From Actinomycetota bacterium (GTDB lineage: Bacteria > Desulfobacterota > Deferrimicrobia > Deferrimicrobiales > Deferrimicrobiaceae), in contig JBLMYI010000052.1 of assembly GCA_050258195.1 (NCBI GenBank), forward strand, positions 1 through 45,150: a DNA stretch of 45,150 bases. The letters are read 5' to 3'. The translations under genes and the position numbers were made by a program. Below the pieces are notes generated by a model, which made no database searches, was not told where the DNA came from, and saw nothing but the letters and a program-made list of their open reading frames with translations. Below, piece after piece: positions 40,423 to 45,150 of this stretch; the stretch's first letter is position 1; each line of letters starts with the position of its first letter.

Positions 40423-40833
40423 CTATGCCTCTCTGGACAGGAATGTCGTTTGGATCGGCAGCTTGTGGGCCGCGAGGCGAAACGCCTCCCGCGCCGTTGC
40501 CTCGTCGACCCCCTCGATCTCGTAGAGAACACGGCCCGGGCGGACCACGGCGACCCACTCCTCGGGTGCGCCCTTCCCCTTCCCCATGCGGGTCTCCGCC
40601 GCCTTCTTCGTGATCGGCTTGTCCGGAAAGATCCGGATCCAGATCTTCCCGCCGCGCTTGATGAAGCGCGTCATCGCGATGCGCGCCGCCTCGATCTGCC
40701 GGGAGGTGATCCACGCGCCGTCCGCCGCCTTGACGCCGAAATCGCCGAAGTTGAGCGTATTGCCGGACTGCGCCTTTCCCCGGCGGCGGCCCTTCATCTG
40801 CTTGCGGAACTTGACCCGTTTGGGGGCGAGCAT
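40423..40833 (-). CDS. rplP: 50S ribosomal protein uL16
   Basis: [25 protein letters not shown]. Confidence 0.98.
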   Translation of the reverse strand: MLAPKRVKFRKQMKGRRRGKAQSGNTLNFGDFGVKAADGAWITSRQIEAARIAMTRFIKRGGKIWIRIFPDKPITKKAAETRMGKGKGAPEEWVAVVRPGRVLYEIEGVDEATAREAFRLAAHKLPIQTTFLSREA

Positions 40834-40846
40834 GATTCCCGTTCTC

Positions 40847-41503
40847 CTATTCGTTGGTGGCGGGGGAAGTGGGCGCCTTCGGCAGCACCTCGCCCTTGTA
40901 GATCCAGACCTTCACCCCGATGATCCCGTAGGTGGTGCGCGCCTCCGAGAAACCGTAGTCGATGTCGGCCCGCAAGGTGTGAAGAGGCACCCGCCCTTCG
41001 CGGTACCACTCGGTCCGGGACATCTCGGCGCCGCCGAGGCGGCCGGAGACCTGGATCTTGATCCCCTTGGCCCCCAGCTTCATCGAGGAGAGCACGGTCT
41101 TCTTCATGGCGCGGCGGAAAGCGACCCTCCGCTCCAGCTGCATCGCGACGTTTTCCGCGGTCAGTTGCCCGTCCGTCTCCGGGCGCCTGATTTCGATGAT
41201 GTTGATCGACACTTCCTTCGGGGTGAGCTTCTGGATCTCCTTCTTCAGGTTTTCGATCTCGGCGCCCTTCTTGCCGATCACGATCCCGGGACGGGCCGTG
41301 GCGATCAGGACGTTGATGCGGTTGCTGCGCCGCTCGATCTCGATCGAGGAGACTCCCGCGTGGTTCAGGCGGGCCTTGACGAAGCCCCGGATGCGCAGGT
41401 CCTCCTGCAGTTGCGATGCGTACTCCTTTTCGGAGTACCATCGCGATCGCCACGTCCGGATGGACACCAACCGAAATCCGTAAGGATGTGTCTTCTGTCC
41501 CAA
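40847..41503 (-). CDS. rpsC: 30S ribosomal protein uS3
   Basis: [34 protein letters not shown]. Confidence 0.98.
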   Translation of the reverse strand: MGQKTHPYGFRLVSIRTWRSRWYSEKEYASQLQEDLRIRGFVKARLNHAGVSSIEIERRSNRINVLIATARPGIVIGKKGAEIENLKKEIQKLTPKEVSINIIEIRRPETDGQLTAENVAMQLERRVAFRRAMKKTVLSSMKLGAKGIKIQVSGRLGGAEMSRTEWYREGRVPLHTLRADIDYGFSEARTTYGIIGVKVWIYKGEVLPKAPTSPATNE

Positions 41504-41561
41504 AATCCCCTCCTATTTGCAGTTACTGTTGCTGGGCAGGCCTAAAATGGTCCGCGCCATT

Positions 41562-41894
41562 TCATGCCTCGTCGACCACGATCGTTATGTGACTGGTCCG
41601 CCGTTTGTACTTGTGGGCCCTTCCCATCGGCGCCGGCCGAAACCGCTTCTGCGAGGCCCCCTGGTTCACGCACGCGCTCTTTACGTAGAGGATCCCGACG
41701 TCGATCACGCCGGTCTGCCCGGCGTTGGCGATCGCCGAATCGAGGACTTTTTTCACGGTCACGGCGGCGGCCTTGTTCGCCAGGGCGAGGATCGTCCGTG
41801 CCTCGGAGATCTTCTTCCCGCGGATCAGGTCCACCACGAGGCGCGCCTTCCTCGGGGAGATGCGCATGAACTTGGCCGTCGCGGTTGCTTCCAT
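41562..41894 (-). CDS. rplV: 50S ribosomal protein uL22
   Basis: SPRKARLVVDLIRG, SAIANA, TSHITI. Confidence 0.97.
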   Translation of the reverse strand: MEATATAKFMRISPRKARLVVDLIRGKKISEARTILALANKAAAVTVKKVLDSAIANAGQTGVIDVGILYVKSACVNQGASQKRFRPAPMGRAHKYKRRTSHITIVVDEA

Positions 41895-41916
41895 CTGCTG
41901 CTCTCCTTCTCCGGTC

Positions 41917-42198
41917 TTACTTCTTTACCTTGGCCTTCCGGTCTCCCGAGTGGCCGTGGAACGTCCGCGTGGGCGAGAACTCGCCGAACTTGTGGCCCAC
42001 CATGTTCTCCGTGACGAAGACGGGCATGAACTTCCGTCCGTTGTGCACGGCGAACGTGTACCCCACCATCGCGGGAGTGATGGTCGAGCGCCGGGACCAG
42101 GTCTTGATGATCTTCTTGTCGCCGGTTTCGACGGCCTTGGTCAACTTCCGCGCAAGGCCTTCCTCCACGTATGGTCCCTTCTTGATGGATCGTCCCAC
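41917..42198 (-). CDS. rpsS: 30S ribosomal protein uS19
   Basis: [27 protein letters not shown]. Confidence 0.98.
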   Translation of the reverse strand: MGRSIKKGPYVEEGLARKLTKAVETGDKKIIKTWSRRSTITPAMVGYTFAVHNGRKFMPVFVTENMVGHKFGEFSPTRTFHGHSGDRKAKVKK

Positions 42199-42216
42199 GT
42201 CGAAACCCCTTTTCCT

Positions 42217-43041
42217 TTATTTTCCGCGCCGCTTGACGATGTACTTGTCGGTCGACGGGTTCTTCCGCGTCTTGTAGCCCTTCGTCGGCTTCCCCCACGG
42301 GGTGCAGGGGTGCCTGCCTCCGGAGGATCGGCCCTCTCCGCCGCCGTGCGGATGGTCGACAGGGTTCATGACGACGCCCCGGACCGTCGGGCGGACACCT
42401 TTCCAGCGATTTCGCCCCGCCTTTCCGATCGCCACCTTTTCATGGTCGACGTTCCCGACCTGCCCGATCGTCGCCATGCACTCGATGAAGACGAGCCGGA
42501 CCTCGCCGGAGGCGAGACGAATGTGCGCGTACGCTCCCTCCTTGGCCAGAATCTGCGCGACCGAGCCGGCGGACCGGGCGATCTGGCCGCCCTTCCCGAC
42601 CTTGAGCTCGATGTTGTGCACGAGCGTCCCGACCGGAATGTTCCGGATCGGAAGGGCGTTCCCGGGCTTGATGTCGGCGCCGGCGCCCGAAAGGATCGTG
42701 TCTCCGACGGAAATCCCCACCGGGCAGAGGATGTAGCGCTTCTCCCCGTCCGCGTAGTTCAGCAGCGCGAGTCGCGCGGACCGGTTCGGGTCGTATTCGA
42801 TGGCCGCGACGGTCGCAGGCACGTCCATCTTGTTTCTCTTGAAGTCGACGATCCGGTACTTGCGCTTGTGCCCGCCGCCGCGGTGCCACACCGTGATCTC
42901 GCCGAGATTGTTCCTCCCGCCGCTTCCGGAAAGGCTCTCGGTCAACGCGCGTTCGGGCTTCTTCTTCGTCAGATCGTCCATCGTGAGGACGGTCATGCCC
43001 CTTCGCCCGGGGGAGGTCGGCTTGTAGTTCCGGATGCCCAT
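42217..43041 (-). CDS. rplB: 50S ribosomal protein uL2
   Basis: [21 protein letters not shown]. Confidence 0.98.
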   Translation of the reverse strand: MGIRNYKPTSPGRRGMTVLTMDDLTKKKPERALTESLSGSGGRNNLGEITVWHRGGGHKRKYRIVDFKRNKMDVPATVAAIEYDPNRSARLALLNYADGEKRYILCPVGISVGDTILSGAGADIKPGNALPIRNIPVGTLVHNIELKVGKGGQIARSAGSVAQILAKEGAYAHIRLASGEVRLVFIECMATIGQVGNVDHEKVAIGKAGRNRWKGVRPTVRGVVMNPVDHPHGGGEGRSSGGRHPCTPWGKPTKGYKTRKNPSTDKYIVKRRGK

Positions 43042-43084
43042 CGCAGTCTCTCCTTGGTAAAGAAGGGCGCGTGCGCCGCGCCCG

Positions 43085-43372
43085 TCAGACGCCTTCGAAG
43101 AATTCGATCTTGTCGCCCGCTTTCAGCACGACAACGGCCTTCTTCCACCCCGGCCGAAGCCCAACCGTCCGGCCGCGGCGCTTCACCTTGCCGGCGACGT
43201 TCATCGTGCGGACGTCGTCGACCTTCACCTTGAACATCTTCTCCACGGCCTCGCGGACTTCCTTCTTGTTGGCGCGCTTGTCGACGGCGAACAGGACCGC
43301 GTTGGACATCGCCTTCTGCGAGGTCGCCTTTTCGGTGATCAACGGCCGCTTGATGACGTCGGATAGATTCAT
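43085..43372 (-). CDS. rplW: 50S ribosomal protein uL23
   Basis: PLITEKA, ANKKEV, WKKAVV. Confidence 0.97.
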   Translation of the reverse strand: MNLSDVIKRPLITEKATSQKAMSNAVLFAVDKRANKKEVREAVEKMFKVKVDDVRTMNVAGKVKRRGRTVGLRPGWKKAVVVLKAGDKIEFFEGV

Positions 43373-43992
43373 TTCGCCAGCACCTCGGTGATTTTCTCGA
43401 GAGCCGCGCCGGTCAGGACGAGCTGGTCGTACGACAGGATGTCGTATACGTTCAACGCCTTCGCGGGGAGGGTCTTGAACCCTTTGAGATTGCGGACGCC
43501 GAGAGCCAGGTTTTCGGGGTCCCCGTCGATGACGATCAGGGCGTCTCGGAGACCTAGCGCGGACGCGACCTTGAGGAATTCCTTCGTCTTCGGGGACGGG
43601 AGGGAGAGGTCGTCCACGAGGACGATCTTGTTCTCGAGCGCCTTCGCGCTGAGGGCGCTGCGCAAAGCCGCCTTCATCTCCTTCCGGTTCACTTTCCCGT
43701 CGTACTTCCGGGGATGGGGTCCGAATACGGTGCCGCCGCCGCGCAGCAGAGGAGAGCGTGACGTTCCCATGCGGGCGCGCCCGGTTCCTTTCTGGCGGAA
43801 CGGCTTCTTTCCTCCGCCGGAAACGTCCTTGCGGGTTTTCGTGTCGTGCGTCCCCGCGCGGGCGGCCGCCAGCTTGGCGGTCACGACGTGGTGCATCAAG
43901 TGGGTCTTCACCTCGGCGCGGAAAATGGAGTCGGGAAGCTCGACGGTCCCGGTCCCCTTCCGTTCCTTGTTCACGATTTCCACGGTAGCCAT
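43369..43992 (-). CDS. rplD: 50S ribosomal protein uL4
   Basis: GGGKKPFRQKGTGRAR, GGGTVFGP. Confidence 0.97.
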   Translation of the reverse strand: MATVEIVNKERKGTGTVELPDSIFRAEVKTHLMHHVVTAKLAAARAGTHDTKTRKDVSGGGKKPFRQKGTGRARMGTSRSPLLRGGGTVFGPHPRKYDGKVNRKEMKAALRSALSAKALENKIVLVDDLSLPSPKTKEFLKVASALGLRDALIVIDGDPENLALGVRNLKGFKTLPAKALNVYDILSYDQLVLTGAALEKITEVLAK

Positions 43993-44007
43993 TTCGCGCT
44001 CCTCGCC

Positions 44008-44643
44008 CTAGGCCGTTTTCTTAACGGCCCGGCGTATGAAGACCAGGCTGTTTTTCGCGCCAGGCACGGCGCCGCGGATGAGCAGCAGATTCTTCTCGGG
44101 CTCCACCCCGACCACCCGCAGGTTGAGGATCGTGACCCGCTCGTTCCCGTACTGGCCCGCCATCTTCATGTTCTTGATGACGCGCGAGGGGTACGCCGAC
44201 GCGCCGATGGAGCCGGGGGCCCGATGGAACATGGACCCGTGCGTCGCGCGCCCGCCCTTGAAATTCCATCGCTTGATGACGCCCGAGAATCCGCGCCCCT
44301 TGCTGTGGCCCATCACGTCGACGACGTCGCCTTCCTTGAAGATGTCCACCTTGATCTCGGCGCCGATATCCAGCGGTGCGGCCGCTTCGACCCGGATCTC
44401 CTGGAGGGCGCTGAAGGCGCCCTTGCCGGCCTTCTGGAAGTGCCCCAGCATCGGCTTGCCGACCTTGCCGGCCTTCGTCTGCCGGAACCCGATCTGCACG
44501 GCGTCGTACCCGTCGGTCCTCGCGGTCTTCCGCTGTATCACCGTGCACGGGCCGGCCTCGATCACGGTGACGGGGATGACTTTCCCCTCCGTGTCGAACA
44601 CCTGGGACATGCCCAGTTTCTTTCCCAATATTCCGGTCGTCAT
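44008..44643 (-). CDS. rplC: 50S ribosomal protein uL3
   Basis: [36 protein letters not shown]. Confidence 0.98.
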   Translation of the reverse strand: MTTGILGKKLGMSQVFDTEGKVIPVTVIEAGPCTVIQRKTARTDGYDAVQIGFRQTKAGKVGKPMLGHFQKAGKGAFSALQEIRVEAAAPLDIGAEIKVDIFKEGDVVDVMGHSKGRGFSGVIKRWNFKGGRATHGSMFHRAPGSIGASAYPSRVIKNMKMAGQYGNERVTILNLRVVGVEPEKNLLLIRGAVPGAKNSLVFIRRAVKKTA

Positions 44644-44686
44644 GGTTTGCCCCTGCTTCCGTTCTCGTTCGTTTTCGTCGTTCCGG

Positions 44687-45001
44687 TCAGAGCTTGATCT
44701 CTACTTCGACCCCTGCGGGCAGATCGAGCTTCATCAGTGCGTCGATCGTCGCGCCGGGCGGCTCGTGGATGTCGAGAAGCCTCTTGTGGGTGCGGATCTC
44801 GAACTGTTCCCGGCTCTTCTTGTCCCCGTGGGGGGACCGGTTGACCGTGAACCGCTCGATATGGGTCGGAAGGGGAATCGGCCCCGCGACCTTGGCGCCC
44901 GTCTGCCGCGCCTTTTCGACGATGTCACCGGTCGCCTTGTCCAGAAGCCTGGAATCGAAGGCCTTCAGCCGGATCCGTATCTTCTGGTGCTCTATCGCCA
45001 C
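44687..45001 (-). CDS. rpsJ: 30S ribosomal protein uS10
   Basis: [33 protein letters not shown] start. Confidence 0.97.
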   Translation of the reverse strand: MAIEHQKIRIRLKAFDSRLLDKATGDIVEKARQTGAKVAGPIPLPTHIERFTVNRSPHGDKKSREQFEIRTHKRLLDIHEPPGATIDALMKLDLPAGVEVEIKL

Positions 45002-45031
45002 GTCGGTGTCCCCCCTTGACCTTTCCTCGCC

Positions 45032-45150
45032 CTACTCGATGATTTCCGAGACGACGCCGGCGCCCACGGTCCGTCCGCCCTCGCGGATCGCGAACCGAAG
45101 CTCCTTCTCCATCGCCACCGGTGTGATCAGCTCGACCGACATCTGGATGT
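45032..45150 (-). CDS. tuf: Elongation factor Tu, C-terminal fragment (runs in from the right edge)
   Basis: Hand translation: [38 protein letters not shown]. Confidence 0.96.
   Translation of the reverse strand, partial: IQMSVELITPVAMEKELRFAIREGGRTVGAGVVSEIIE

Noticed and set aside
45002-45031. S10 leader/attenuator upstream of rpsJ
   Set aside because: Only 30 nt separate tuf and rpsJ, which is ordinary str-S10 continuity.
1-45150. CRISPR arrays, IS elements, prophage, rRNA/tRNA, pseudogenes
   Set aside because: By eye I found no spaced repeats, transposase or integrase motifs, or RNA gene signatures. All genes appear intact and the gaps are too short.

Overview
A high-GC bacterial core-genome window in which every supported gene lies on the minus strand. 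The many long plus-strand ORFs in the track are antisense shadows. In transcription order (right to left) it holds four blocks. (1) The 3' end of tuf and a complete S10-spc-alpha ribosomal cluster (rpsJ to rplO, secY, adk, map, infA, rpmJ, rpsM, rpsK, rpsD, rpoA, rplQ), closed by an intrinsic terminator. (2) A separately promoted metal-uptake unit: fur - feoB - an 8-Cys mini-protein that the ORF track does not call separately - a DtxR/MntR::FeoA fusion - a PEGA-domain protein. A perfect 7-1-7 Fur-type operator overlaps its promoter. It is followed by ftsB and a membrane-bound GGDEF cyclase. (3) argS - SPOR protein - trpE - trpG::trpD - trpC - trpB2 - trpF - trpB1 - trpA - accD - folC - lptD - NDP-sugar epimerase - lepA - lepB. 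(4) A PyrR-attenuated pyrR-pyrB-pyrC-carA operon that runs off the left edge. Gene order and content look deltaproteobacterial (Geobacter-like synteny); this is an impression, not a tested assignment. I found no rRNA, tRNA, CRISPR array or mobile element. The best candidate for an undescribed system is the non-canonical Feo module: two metalloregulator families, FeoA present only as a fusion to a DtxR with a degenerate-looking helix-turn-helix, and a Cys-rich mini-protein in the FeoC position.
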